A DNA stretch of 32,000 nt from contig NZ_JAYKGW010000183.1 in assembly GCF_035285525.1 (NCBI RefSeq), positions 9,783-41,782 of the forward strand, given 5' to 3'. Positions within the stretch are counted from its first letter, which is position 1. The number at the start of each line of letters is the position of its first letter. This document shows, one piece after another, positions 1 through 9,913 of this stretch. The notes beneath the pieces were generated by a model, which saw only the letters and a list, made by a program, of their open reading frames with translations, ran no database searches and was not told the DNA's origin. Both the position numbers and the translations under genes were made by a program. Source of the DNA: Okeania sp. (GTDB taxonomy: Bacteria > Cyanobacteriota > Cyanobacteriia > Cyanobacteriales > Microcoleaceae).

Positions 1-1
1 G

Positions 2-331
2 GAAGTTTTTCGACTTTTAACAGTAGGTGGTCAAGTTATTATTCTGGATGGCAACCAAAAAACTTTACGACAAACTGAGTGGCTGACAGAAATCTTTGAG
101 GAACCTTATATTAAGTCTTATGCTAAAGGTAATGTCGATGCTTGGTTAGGTGCTGCGGGATTTGGTCTAGTAGAAACCCAGGATATATGGTTGGTACATC
201 AGGTTAGTAGTGGGATTAAGTCAGTGTTAGGTCAAGACTCAGGGGTTATACCAGAAGTTAATTATAATTTATCAAATAATTGGGATAATGATAGTGGTAA
301 TTTTCCGGCTCCAGCTTATTATAGGAATTAG
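2..331 (+). CDS. C-terminal fragment of a class I SAM-dependent methyltransferase (5' end outside window)
   Basis: Frame open from the window edge to TAG at 329-331. Hand translation EVFRLLTVGGQVIILDGNQKTLRQTEWL... resembles the post-motif-II part of Methyltransf_11/25-type enzymes. Confidence 0.5.
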   Translation, partial: EVFRLLTVGGQVIILDGNQKTLRQTEWLTEIFEEPYIKSYAKGNVDAWLGAAGFGLVETQDIWLVHQVSSGIKSVLGQDSGVIPEVNYNLSNNWDNDSGNFPAPAYYRN

Positions 332-456
332 CGTTTACAAATACAGCATATTTCGGAGTAGAGTTAAAAAAACTATTGCAACCTAGTTTTAACCACTATA
401 TTTAGGGTTGCTGCCTAAGTTCTAAATTATTTAGGTAGAGTTGTTTTTCTTATTTT

Positions 457-522
457 CTACTCCCTACTCCCTACTCCCTACTCCCTACTCCCTACTCCCT
501 ACTCCCTACTCCCTACTCCCTA
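457..522. repeat. STRR-type tandem heptamer CTACTCC, about 9 copies, immediately upstream of the HAD gene
   Basis: Perfect tandem CTACTCC units counted by hand. Degenerate patches of the same heptamer occur at about 1728-1765, 1850-1875 and 1990-2010. Confidence 0.9.
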
Positions 523-538
523 AAAACTAATAATTGAA

Positions 539-1231
539 ATGACTTTGAAAGCTGTTTTATTCGATTTTAATGGTGTAATTATTAACGATGAATTTCTGCA
601 TGAAAAATTAATAGAGCAAGTGCTACTTGAAGAAAATTTGTTGCTTAAACCAGGAGAATATCAGAAATTTTGTTTAGGAAAAAATGATCGTACTTGTTTG
701 GAAGATATTTTAATCCAAAGAGGTAGATATGTGAAAGAAGAATACTTAGAACATTTAATTAAACGCAAAACTTTAGCTTATCAAAAACAGTTAGAAAGTC
801 TTGAAGAGTTACCAATTTATTCAGATACCCTAGATTTTATCAATCTGGTTTCTCAAGCTAATTTGAAAATGGCTGTGGTTACTGGTTCTATCCAAAATGA
901 AGTAGAATTAGTTTTAAATAAAGCTAATTTAACTGATTATTTTCAGGTAATAATTGGTGGAGATCATGTCAAAGCTAGTAAACCAGAACCTGATGGTTAT
1001 TTATTAGCAGTAGATATTTTAAATCAACAATATCCAGATATTAATCTCCAGCCTTCAGAATGTTTAGTAATTGAGGATACTTTTCCAGGTATTGAAGCTG
1101 CTAAAAGAGCAGGAATGTCTGTGGTTGGAGTTGCTCATACTTATCCTTTTCATATGCTCCAACGTTTGGCTAATTGGTGTGTTGATTATCTTACTGATTT
1201 AGAATTAGACAGAATACAAGAGGATAATTAA
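539..1231 (+). CDS. HAD-IA family hydrolase (beta-phosphoglucomutase/phosphatase-like)
   Basis: 230 aa. Motif I LFDFNGVI, motif II VVTGS, Lys in KASKPEPD, motif IV VIEDTFPGIEAAKRAGM. Confidence 0.8.
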   Translation: MTLKAVLFDFNGVIINDEFLHEKLIEQVLLEENLLLKPGEYQKFCLGKNDRTCLEDILIQRGRYVKEEYLEHLIKRKTLAYQKQLESLEELPIYSDTLDFINLVSQANLKMAVVTGSIQNEVELVLNKANLTDYFQVIIGGDHVKASKPEPDGYLLAVDILNQQYPDINLQPSECLVIEDTFPGIEAAKRAGMSVVGVAHTYPFHMLQRLANWCVDYLTDLELDRIQEDN

Positions 1232-1469
1232 TAATGGATAATGGATAATAGATAATTAACTGGACAATATAAAGTTCTTCTAAAAAACTATTTCAGTATC
1301 TACAGCTCTGACTAGAGAGTGTCTAAATTTAGTATCACTGAAACCGTCATTTTTTCAAGCTTGGTAATTAATAATGGATAATTGATAATAAGAATTATTT
1401 TTATTATCATATTATTTGTTAATTTTTTGTATAAAAAACTACTTTTTTTGTGCAAAAATTAGGAAGATT

Positions 1470-1600
1470 TCTACTGCTTAATTACCTGATAGGCAGATTA
1501 AATCTAAAAGTATTTACAAGTAAAGATTTTAGCCTTTTTATAGTCTTTGAAAAGTACCAAATTTTCAATTCACTTAACCCTTAAAAAGTGAGTATTTTGG
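1470..1600. repeat. Dispersed non-coding repeat, inverted copy of the element at about 6335-6425
   Basis: The reverse complement shares blocks TATAAAAAGGCTAAAA.TTTA, CTTT.AGATTTAATC and TTTT.AGGGT.AAGT.AATTGAAA with 6335-6425. Confidence 0.45.
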
Positions 1601-2048
1601 TGTGATAGCAATTCCCATGCATTATTGCTATACTTGAGGAATACTTCAGTCATCAAATAATTAACACAAACCAAATCATTTTTTGCCAATTTTAGCTAAG
1701 TTAATGTGAATTTTTCTGATGTTTACTTCTCCCCCACTCCCTTACTCCCCTACTCCCCTGCTCAATCAAATCTAGAAAACTTTTTGAGAAATGGTATAAC
1801 TATGGCAGAAAAATCAAGGAACAATGAAATTTTCCCCTACTTTTTCTGTCTTCTCCACTTTCCCCACTCCCCACGCTATAGTTTGCTGAAAAAGCAAACC
1901 CTAATTAGGACTTGCTGATTAAATATTAAAGTCTTTCACAATTTTTATCACTACTTCCTCTATAAATCCCTATTCTGCTTAACTCTTCACTACTCCCTAC
2001 TCCCTACCTTCACAACAAGACTTTTTCAGCAAACCCTAAGTAGGGTTA

Positions 2049-2292
2049 GCGTATGGAAATATGAAACCATTGACAGATAAAGTTTTTAGCAATTTTATGC
2101 CTGGAAAAAGTATCAGCTTTTAGGTCAAAAAGGTGAAAAAAGTTAGGAGAAAAAGTTTAGTAGGACAGAAAAATTAAGAGACAATTATTCCAGCTAATTC
2201 CTTTATAACTGCCATTCCTCCTGGATTTCAGCATTGCTGGATTCTGGCTCCTCCCCACTACTAAAAAACTTTTTCAGTAAACTCTAAGTAAA
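2049..2292. repeat. MITE-like dispersed element (family with core GCGTATGGAAAT.TGAAA...TGACAGATAAA.TTTTTAG)
   Basis: Core shared with 4425-4627. Bounded by the ACTTTTTCAG(C/T)AAAC(C/T)CTAAGTA motif, which recurs at 1885-1915, 4598-4625, 6175-6200 and 13085-13115 in either orientation. Confidence 0.55.
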
Positions 2293-2501
2293 GAAACACA
2301 TCAATTTGTAAAGATATTCGTAATGATTGTAACTTATTATGTGTAAGTTCCCCTTGTATTAGCAGGTTTAAGTTATTATTGATTGATAAATATAAAAGAA
2401 TGGTTAAGAAAACTAAAAATTAGGAAAATATGTGTCTAAGGATACGTCCTAATTATCATTCTTGAATAATCCTCTAAATAAAGACGGATATAAAACTTAT
2501 C

Positions 2502-2747
2502 ATGGAGATTCTTATGACTCCCACAATGTTACGTCAACTTTGGTCTGTAGTAGAAAGCTCTCAAGCTACAACATTAGTATCACTGGATGATGCCACCTTA
2601 GTTCAGTGGTTAGTCAAACAGTTGAAAAGAAAAAGTACCCTAAATGGTAGGGAAGCAGATGTAATTAATGAATATATCGAATCTCGGTTATCCCTAATTA
2701 GGGATTTAGCTGAGGAACGGTTGGGAAGTGAACCTTTACTGACCTAA
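2502..2747 (+). CDS. Hypothetical small protein (81 aa)
   Basis: ORF with non-repetitive, protein-like composition in an otherwise repeat-filled spacer. No motif recognised. Confidence 0.4.
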   Translation: MEILMTPTMLRQLWSVVESSQATTLVSLDDATLVQWLVKQLKRKSTLNGREADVINEYIESRLSLIRDLAEERLGSEPLLT

Positions 2748-3001
2748 GAAACAGATTAAATGGGTCTTAGCAACTCAGAAGTTATGACTTCTGTCCTTTT
2801 GGGATGGAACAGATTAAGCTGTTTAAATGCAAAACAGTGAATTAGTATTTTTTACTATTAGGTCTAAATTTAAAATTAAAATCGAAAATCTAAACTATTT
2901 AGATAGAGAAGAAAAAAAGTTTTTGCTTGAGAAGTTCTAGCTTAAGACTATGCTAATTTTTAGTAGATCACTTTTTTCAAAATTAATAAAAAGAAAAAAC
3001 T

Positions 3002-4072
3002 ATGCAGAAATGGGGATCTATTCTAATCGCAGCTATCTTGATGGTACTACCTCTAACAGCTTGCGAAACAGAAAGTACATCAAACCAAGCAGAATCTAGC
3101 CAAGAAACTCAAGAAACAACCAGTCGTTTAGATACTGTCAAAAGTCGCGGTAAATTAATCTGTGGTGTAGATGGTGGTATTCCTGGATTCAGTTTTGTGG
3201 ACCAGAACGGTGAATACTCAGGAATAGACGTAGATGTTTGTAAAGCGGTTGCTGCTGCTTTATTTGACGATCCAAATGCTGTGGAATACCGCAACTTAGA
3301 CTCAACAGAGCGTTTTACAGCTGTTAGCGGTGGAGAAGTAGATATGCTATCTCGAAACACAACCTGGACTATTAGTCGAGATACCAGTGTTGGCCTAGAA
3401 TTTGCTCCTACTACATTCTATGATGGCCAAGGAATGATGGTTCGTGCTGATAGTGGGATTGAAAATTTAGAAGGTTTCCAAGGGAAATCAATTTGTGTTG
3501 AAGCTGGGACAACTACAGAATTAAACTTAACAGATAATCTTCGGGAAATAAATGTCGAAGCAGAAACATTAACTTTTCAACAAGCAGACCCTGCTTATGC
3601 TGCTTATGCAGAGGGACGTTGTGATGGGATGACCTCTGATAAATCTCAATTATTAGGTCGCCGTAGTACCCTACCAAATCCAGAAGAGCATATAATTTTG
3701 GGTGTTACTATGTCCAAAGAACCTCTAGGTCCAGTAACGATAAATAATGATTCTGGTTGGTTTGATGTGGTTAAATGGGTGACTTATGCTTTGATAGAAG
3801 CAGAAGAGTTAGGTATTACTCAAGCAAATGTAGATGACTTAAAAGCAAATTCTGAGGACCCTACAATCAGACGCTTTTTAGGAGTCGAGGGAGACCTGGG
3901 TAAAGGTTTAGGTTTAAGTAATGATTTTGCCTACAGAGTAATTAAGAATGTTGGTAACTACAGTGAAGTTTACAGTCGTAGTTTAGGAGAAGAATCTCAA
4001 TTTAAGTTACCTCGTGGTATGAATGATTTATGGACTAAGGGTGGATTACTTTATTCTCCTCCTTTCCGTTAA
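3002..4072 (+). CDS. natF: Polar/general amino-acid ABC transporter substrate-binding lipoprotein (AapJ/NatF-like)
   Basis: 356 aa. Signal peptide ending in the lipobox-like LPLTAC. Family-3 solute-binding protein. First of an SBP, two permeases and an ATPase in the same orientation, as in natFGH-bgtA of Anabaena. Confidence 0.85.
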   Translation: MQKWGSILIAAILMVLPLTACETESTSNQAESSQETQETTSRLDTVKSRGKLICGVDGGIPGFSFVDQNGEYSGIDVDVCKAVAAALFDDPNAVEYRNLDSTERFTAVSGGEVDMLSRNTTWTISRDTSVGLEFAPTTFYDGQGMMVRADSGIENLEGFQGKSICVEAGTTTELNLTDNLREINVEAETLTFQQADPAYAAYAEGRCDGMTSDKSQLLGRRSTLPNPEEHIILGVTMSKEPLGPVTINNDSGWFDVVKWVTYALIEAEELGITQANVDDLKANSEDPTIRRFLGVEGDLGKGLGLSNDFAYRVIKNVGNYSEVYSRSLGEESQFKLPRGMNDLWTKGGLLYSPPFR

Positions 4073-4424
4073 TTAGCTATTAGCTTTTAATATTTCTTGA
4101 CGGAATGCTCCGCAAACAGCCATCAGTATTTTAGCATTTTTGGATTGATTCGACAATTCTATAAATTAGTGCTAACTTGACCATAACTTTATAATAGCAG
4201 AGATTTGGGAAAAAATCTATGATTTAATTTCCCAAATCTTGAAAAAATTTAGTTTCATTTATCTAGTCTCTACAAAATTCATAATGGATAATTGATAACG
4301 AAAACTATGACAATCTCTAAATAGGTTAGCTGGCAAGATTCATAACACAAATAAAATAGAGCTACTATATCTTGGAATTATCCACTCATTATTAATTATT
4401 AATTATCCATTATTAATTAGGCTT

Positions 4425-4627
4425 TGCGTATGGAAATCTGAAAAATATGACAGATAAAATTTTTAGTATTTTTAGGTTCTGAGAAAATGCAACTTTTTGG
4501 ATAGCTCTGTTACGGTTCCCGAAAAATCAAAAAGGAGCGTATTTTGGGGAAGAGTTGATCTCAAAAAATACCCCCCATCGCCAATCCCCCTATCTTCTTA
4601 AAAAGACTTTTTCAGCAAGTTCTAATT
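4425..4627. repeat. MITE-like dispersed element, same family as 2049-2292
   Basis: GCGTATGGAAATCTGAAAAATATGACAGATAAAATTTTTAG core and terminal GACTTTTTCAGCAAGTTCTAAT. Lies in the natF-natG spacer. Confidence 0.55.
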
Positions 4628-4676
4628 ATTAATTATTAATTATCCATTATTAATTATTCCCTACTCTCTAAAAAAA

Positions 4677-5843
4677 ATGATTCACGAGAAAAATCAAAAA
4701 ATTCCTCTATGGCGAGATGAGAGATTTTGGCGTATTGCCCTGCAAGTTCTTGTCATAGTAATTTTGGTTGGGGTAGCAGCTATAATGATTAGCAACCTCA
4801 GCCGTAATTTAGCACAACAAGGTACAAAGTTTGGCTTTAGTTTCCTAAATAATGAAGCAGGATTTAGTATTAGTGAAAGTTTGATTCCTTACGCACCGAA
4901 AGACCCTTATAATCAAGTTTTATTAGCAGGTTTAGTTAATTCTCTGCGAGTCATGATTTTAGGAATTTTCTTCACCACAATAGTGGGAATATTAGCAGGA
5001 ATTGCTAGTTTTTCTGAGAATTGGTTACTCCGAAATTTGAATCTAATTTATGTGGAAGTTGTCAGAAATACTCCTTTATTATTGCAGTTATTTTTCTGGT
5101 ATTTTGCGGTTTTTTTCACTTTGCCAAGACCACAAGAAAAATTAGAATTACCCGGACCGATATTTATGAGTAAACGAGGAATTGCTATTCCTTGGCCGGA
5201 AAATAATTTGAATGTTTGGTTATGGTTAATAGTTTTAGTTATAGGAGCGATCGCTGCAATTTTTATTTGGCAATGGCGGAATAAATTAATGACAGAAAAA
5301 GCAGCGTCTGGTCAACCACAAAATATAGCTTTAATTAGTATGGGAATTATTGCCATATTTATTATTATATTTGGATTAGGTTGGCAAGCACCTAGAGTAA
5401 CAAATGCTGGAGGAACAGAAGGGGGATTAAATTTAACTTTAGAACTTTCAGCTTTATTGGTAGGATTGGTATTTTATACAGGAGCTTTTATTGCCGAAAT
5501 TGTTCGTTCTGGTATTCAAGCAGTACCGAAAGGGCAATGGGAAGCAGCGAGGTCTTTAGGATTAAAGTCTGGTTTAGTAATGAGATTGGTGATTTTTCCT
5601 CAAGCATTACGAGTGATGATTCCACCATTAAATAGTCAATATATGAACTTAGCAAAAAATTCTAGTTTAGCAATAGCTATTGGTTATCCAGATTTGTATG
5701 CTGTGGCGAATACTACTTATAATCAATCAGGTCGTCCAATAGAAGTATTTATCATTTTAATGGTAGTTTATCTTACCATCAATTTGATAATTTCATTGTC
5801 TATGAATTTCTTGAATAAAACTGTTCAATTAAGAGAAAGATAA
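4677..5843 (+). CDS. natG: Amino-acid ABC transporter permease (AapQ/NatG-like)
   Basis: 388 aa, multiple hydrophobic spans. His/Glu/Gln/Arg-type permease region GIQAVPKGQWEAARSLGL. Confidence 0.85.
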   Translation: MIHEKNQKIPLWRDERFWRIALQVLVIVILVGVAAIMISNLSRNLAQQGTKFGFSFLNNEAGFSISESLIPYAPKDPYNQVLLAGLVNSLRVMILGIFFTTIVGILAGIASFSENWLLRNLNLIYVEVVRNTPLLLQLFFWYFAVFFTLPRPQEKLELPGPIFMSKRGIAIPWPENNLNVWLWLIVLVIGAIAAIFIWQWRNKLMTEKAASGQPQNIALISMGIIAIFIIIFGLGWQAPRVTNAGGTEGGLNLTLELSALLVGLVFYTGAFIAEIVRSGIQAVPKGQWEAARSLGLKSGLVMRLVIFPQALRVMIPPLNSQYMNLAKNSSLAIAIGYPDLYAVANTTYNQSGRPIEVFIILMVVYLTINLIISLSMNFLNKTVQLRER

Positions 5844-6334
5844 TATCAGTTATTAGTACCTCCTACTGAACGAACTAGGAGGCTTGAAAATACAGAATAT
5901 TCTTTTTTTATTCTCTTGAAACTAAAGTTTGAGGCTGAGTTGATAAACTAAAAAATCTTCGGGGTTGGTGAATCAAGCTATGAAAGTTAAACTTAGCTAA
6001 ATATATAATAACTTTTCTGTTAAGAGTTAGCCGATGAGTATTAATAAACAATTCACAATCATAGCCAAAAACACCAATGCCAAATCTTCTTATCATAGAA
6101 GTTAAAGTTAACAATCCTAGGGGCGGGTTTCTCAGTTAAGTTAACGAGCTTTTCACATACATTTAGTTAGATAAGCCCCCCTAATTAGGGTTTACTAAAA
6201 AAAACAAAATGTAGGGAGAGTGAGAGCTTTGAAGCCCACCCCTAACCCCTCCCAGGAGGGGAAAACAGAGTCAAGTAGAACGAATAATTTTTCCTAATTT
6301 TTTCTGTCTCGTATTATCCCAAAATTATCAATTT

Positions 6335-6425
6335 TTGAGGGTAAGTTAATTGAAACAGGCACACTTTTTTCAATTATAAAAAGGCTAAAAATTTTATTGA
6401 ATAGTGCTTTGAGATTTAATCAGTA
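6335..6425. repeat. Dispersed non-coding repeat (partner of 1470-1600) within a repeat-filled natG-natH spacer
   Basis: See 1470-1600. The neighbouring 6230-6265 carries a CCCCTAACCCCTCCCAGGAGGGG palindromic patch of a kind also seen at 22320-22365. Confidence 0.45.
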
Positions 6426-6542
6426 ATTCCTAATTCTTAAGAACTATATTTCATGTACTGAGAATCTACTGTATCTATACATTTTTTCCTTTTTTTTTGA
6501 ACATTTATTTACTTCTTCCTTCTTCCTTCTTACTTCTATAAT

Positions 6543-7754
6543 ATGAAAATAATAAATACAACTAAATCTTCAGCTCCACCATTTGCCGAAACTAATTCTC
6601 TAGAATGGCTGAGAAAAAATTTTTTTAGTTCTTGGTACAATACCTTAATCACTTTAATATTATTCAGCGTAATTATTTCGGCAATAACTAACTTTATTTC
6701 CTGGGCAACAACTCAAGCAGAATGGCAAGTAATTGATACTAACTTACCATTATTAATGGTAGGTAGATATCCCAGAGATCAATATTGGCGAATCTGGGTA
6801 ATAGTTGGCATAATTTCTAGTTTCTCTGGTTTTTCTTGGGGAATTATTGCCAGAAAAGCAACTACATTATTTACATTACCAATATTAATTTTTATCGCCT
6901 TTTTACCCGCTATTCTATTATTAATCCCTGTAGATATACCATTTAAAATATTGCTAGTGGGAATGGTAATTTTACTTATTGTTGCTGCCTGGATAGGCAA
7001 ACAATTAGGCAGAAAAAATAATAACTTAGGTAAATATTTATCCTTGGCTTGGTTTATTGCTTTAATATTAATTCTCTGGTTAATTGGAGGTGGATTAGGA
7101 TTAAAATCTGTATCTACAAATGACTGGGGTGGTTTAATGCTAACTATATTAACTTCTGTAGTTAGCATTTTATTATCTTTTCCATTAGGAGTTTTATTGG
7201 CTTTAGGTAGACAAAGCAAATTGCCAGTAATTAGAATATTTTCTATTGGTTATATTGAAATTATTAGGGGATTACCTTTAATTTCAATTCTGTTTATGGG
7301 GCAAATAATGATTCCTCTATTCTTGCCAGATGGAATGAGACCCGATAGAATTTTACGAGCAATTTTAGGATTAACTTTGTTTAGTTCCGCTTATTTAGCA
7401 GAAAATATTAGGGGTGGTTTACAAGCTGTACCTAGAGGTCAAAGTGAAGCGGCAAAAGCATTAGGTTTAAATACTCCATTGAGTGTGGGATTAATTGTTT
7501 TACCTCAAGCTTTAAAAGTAGCTATTCCATCAATTGTTGGTCAATTTATTAGTCTATTTCAAGATACAACTTTATTATCAATTGTCGGATTAGTAGAATT
7601 GTTAGGTATTAGTCGTTCGGTTTTAGCTCAACCTCAATTTTTAGGAGATTATGCAGAAGTTTATTTATTTGATGGTGTACTTTTTTGGATTATTTGTTAT
7701 GCTATGTCAGTCGGTAGTCGGCAGTTAGAGAAAAAGTTAAATACTACTCATTAA
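6543..7754 (+). CDS. natH: Amino-acid ABC transporter permease (AapM/NatH-like)
   Basis: 403 aa, multi-TM. GLQAVPRGQSEAAKALGL permease signature region. Confidence 0.85.
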   Translation: MKIINTTKSSAPPFAETNSLEWLRKNFFSSWYNTLITLILFSVIISAITNFISWATTQAEWQVIDTNLPLLMVGRYPRDQYWRIWVIVGIISSFSGFSWGIIARKATTLFTLPILIFIAFLPAILLLIPVDIPFKILLVGMVILLIVAAWIGKQLGRKNNNLGKYLSLAWFIALILILWLIGGGLGLKSVSTNDWGGLMLTILTSVVSILLSFPLGVLLALGRQSKLPVIRIFSIGYIEIIRGLPLISILFMGQIMIPLFLPDGMRPDRILRAILGLTLFSSAYLAENIRGGLQAVPRGQSEAAKALGLNTPLSVGLIVLPQALKVAIPSIVGQFISLFQDTTLLSIVGLVELLGISRSVLAQPQFLGDYAEVYLFDGVLFWIICYAMSVGSRQLEKKLNTTH

Positions 7755-7903
7755 TTAGGGAATAGGGAACAGTAAAGAAGACAAAAAAACATGAAATACT
7801 AGATTTTCATAATAATTAGTAGGTACTCAAAACAATAATTTTTATGAAAAAAATTCAATCTAGATTTACATCTCATTTGAAAATAGTATACTAACTCTAA
7901 GGT

Positions 7904-8071
7904 CAGGATTCAGCAGTCAGCTATTGCTTTTATCTCAAACTAAAAGCTTTATGATACGGTTGCTGATAAATCAGAAATTTTTCTAAGTATAAAATTATGT
8001 TTTCTAGCATATATTCGTTTAAATATCCTCCTTAAAGTTGATGTTTTTATTACTGATAGCTGAATGCTTAC
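7904..8071. mobile_element. MITE (family with CAGCATTCAGC..TCAGC-type terminal inverted repeats)
   Basis: Left end CAGGATTCAGCAGTCAGCTAT and right end ACTGATAGCTGAATGCTTAC are inverted repeats. The interior is homologous, in inverted orientation, to 26448-26658. Confidence 0.6.
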
Positions 8072-8113
8072 ACTCTAAGTTATTTGTGAAAAAAACTATT
8101 TTGTAAAAGTGAA

Positions 8114-8971
8114 ATGAAAGTTAGAAAATTTGCAGAACATAAAATTATTTTGGGAGATATAATTTCTGTTTTGGATGATTGTGTAGAAGACAATAGTATT
8201 GACCTAATATTTGCTGACCCTCCCTATAATATTGGTAAAAAATTTAATGGCAAACAAAAAAAATGGGATTCTGATGATGAGTATATAAAATGGTGTTATC
8301 AATGGCTAGATTTATGTATGAGGAAATTAAAAAAAACAGGTAGTATTTATATTATGGCAGCAACACAATATATGCCGTATATAGATATTTACTTAAGAGA
8401 TAAAATTACTATTCTTTCCCGAATTATTTGGTATTATGATAGTTCGGGAGTTCAGGCAAAAAAATATTTTGGTTCTTTATATGAACCAATTTTATTTGGA
8501 GTAAAAGATAAAAATAATTACACCTTTAACTCTGAAGAAATAAAGGTTGAAGCTAAAACAGGTGCAGTGCGTAAATTGATTGATTATCGCCAACAAAATC
8601 CAACAGTTTATAATTCTCAAAAAGTGCCGGGAAATGTGTGGTATTTTCCTAGAGTGAGATATAAAATGGCTGAGTATAGAAATCATCCAACTCAAAAACC
8701 AGAAGCTTTATTAGAAAGAATTATTAAAGCAAGTAGTCATCCTGACGATGTGATTCTAGATTTATTTGCTGGAACTTTTACCACTTCTGTAGTTGCTCAA
8801 AGATTGGGAAGGAAATCTATCAGTATAGAAATAGAAGAAGAATATGTAAAATTAGGATTAGAAAGATTGAATTTTGTTTCTGATTTATCGGGAACCGTAA
8901 ATCAAAGTAATCATGCTATTTTAAACGGTCGAGATATTCAATTAACTTTAAACCTAAATATAGGTGATTAA
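8114..8971 (+). CDS. Type II DNA methyltransferase, beta-class amino-MTase (N6-adenine or N4-cytosine)
   Basis: 285 aa. Catalytic FADPPYN near the N-terminus and the SAM-binding DLFAGTFTT near the C-terminus (the beta permutation). Stop TAA directly abuts the next ATG. Confidence 0.85.
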   Translation: MKVRKFAEHKIILGDIISVLDDCVEDNSIDLIFADPPYNIGKKFNGKQKKWDSDDEYIKWCYQWLDLCMRKLKKTGSIYIMAATQYMPYIDIYLRDKITILSRIIWYYDSSGVQAKKYFGSLYEPILFGVKDKNNYTFNSEEIKVEAKTGAVRKLIDYRQQNPTVYNSQKVPGNVWYFPRVRYKMAEYRNHPTQKPEALLERIIKASSHPDDVILDLFAGTFTTSVVAQRLGRKSISIEIEEEYVKLGLERLNFVSDLSGTVNQSNHAILNGRDIQLTLNLNIGD

Positions 8972-9913
8972 ATGGAACATGAATTTACAAAAGTAATCAA
9001 GAATGCTTTGAAAGATACTTATGGAAATAAATCAGAATTAATATACTCAATTTCTCCTATTTTACAATATATTAACCTGAAAACTAGAGCTGCTAATCGA
9101 GGCTCAAAAGCTAGAAGTTCTTTTGGAAACCTATATGCTATTTATGTCTTAGTTGAAGATTATCTGCAAAAGGGTTTTGACGACAATGGTAAATATATTT
9201 CCTATGAAGGTAGCAAATATTCTCAACTTTTATGCAGACAAAGGAAATTACCTTTTGGTCAAAAATTACAAAATCATGCCTTAAACCATAGACTAAACCA
9301 AGAGTTTAAAAAATATTTCCCAACTTGTGATTATGTTCCAGTTATTAGAGAGACTTCAAACAATAGATATTGGTTCAATGAAAATCTACTATTTTGTATA
9401 ATTGAAGAACAAACTTATAATCTAGCTAAAATCATTATTGAAATAATTGAGATGTATATTTCTACAAAAACAAATGCTTTTGAAGACTTCATTAAATCTT
9501 GCCAGCCAATAAGTCAATTAACAGAAGTAAATCCCAATGAAGCTGTTGATTTTATTGTTAAACTTCTACAACCAAATATAGATGCAAGATTGTTTGAAAT
9601 TGTTAGCTATAGCATTTTGAAATATTATTACTATAAACAGACTGTATTTTTTGGTTTTGATCTACAAGATATACAACAAGAAAACTTGAAATTATACAAA
9701 ACAGGGCGAACTAATGCCAATGATGGGGGCGTAGATTTTGTAATGAAGTCATTAGGTAGATTTTTTCAAGTTACAGAAACAACGGATTTCAAAAAGTCCT
9801 TTTTAGATATTGATAAAATAGAAAAAGATCCCTATATTTCATTAAGTCTACGGAAAGTAAGGATAAATTACTTGAAAAAATTAGAAAAAATTCACAAAAG
9901 CAATACTCTGTAA
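8972..9913 (+). CDS. Putative cognate restriction endonuclease; 3' end apparently frameshifted (reading continues in another frame to 10071)
   Basis: Abuts the MTase gene. Contains GRTNANDGGVDFVM, reminiscent of Mrr-cat/PD-(D/E)xK nuclease cores. The family is not recognised with certainty. Confidence 0.6.
   Translation: MEHEFTKVIKNALKDTYGNKSELIYSISPILQYINLKTRAANRGSKARSSFGNLYAIYVLVEDYLQKGFDDNGKYISYEGSKYSQLLCRQRKLPFGQKLQNHALNHRLNQEFKKYFPTCDYVPVIRETSNNRYWFNENLLFCIIEEQTYNLAKIIIEIIEMYISTKTNAFEDFIKSCQPISQLTEVNPNEAVDFIVKLLQPNIDARLFEIVSYSILKYYYYKQTVFFGFDLQDIQQENLKLYKTGRTNANDGGVDFVMKSLGRFFQVTETTDFKKSFLDIDKIEKDPYISLSLRKVRINYLKKLEKIHKSNTL

Noticed and set aside
1706-1918. 70-aa ORF in the spacer before natF
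   Set aside because: Runs through degenerate CCCTACT-type heptamers and dispersed repeats (PTPLLPYSPA..., HFPHSP). Composition is repeat-driven.
5908-6114. 68-aa minus-strand ORF in the natG-natH spacer
   Set aside because: Lies in repeat-filled spacer DNA, with no ribosome-binding context or recognisable motif.
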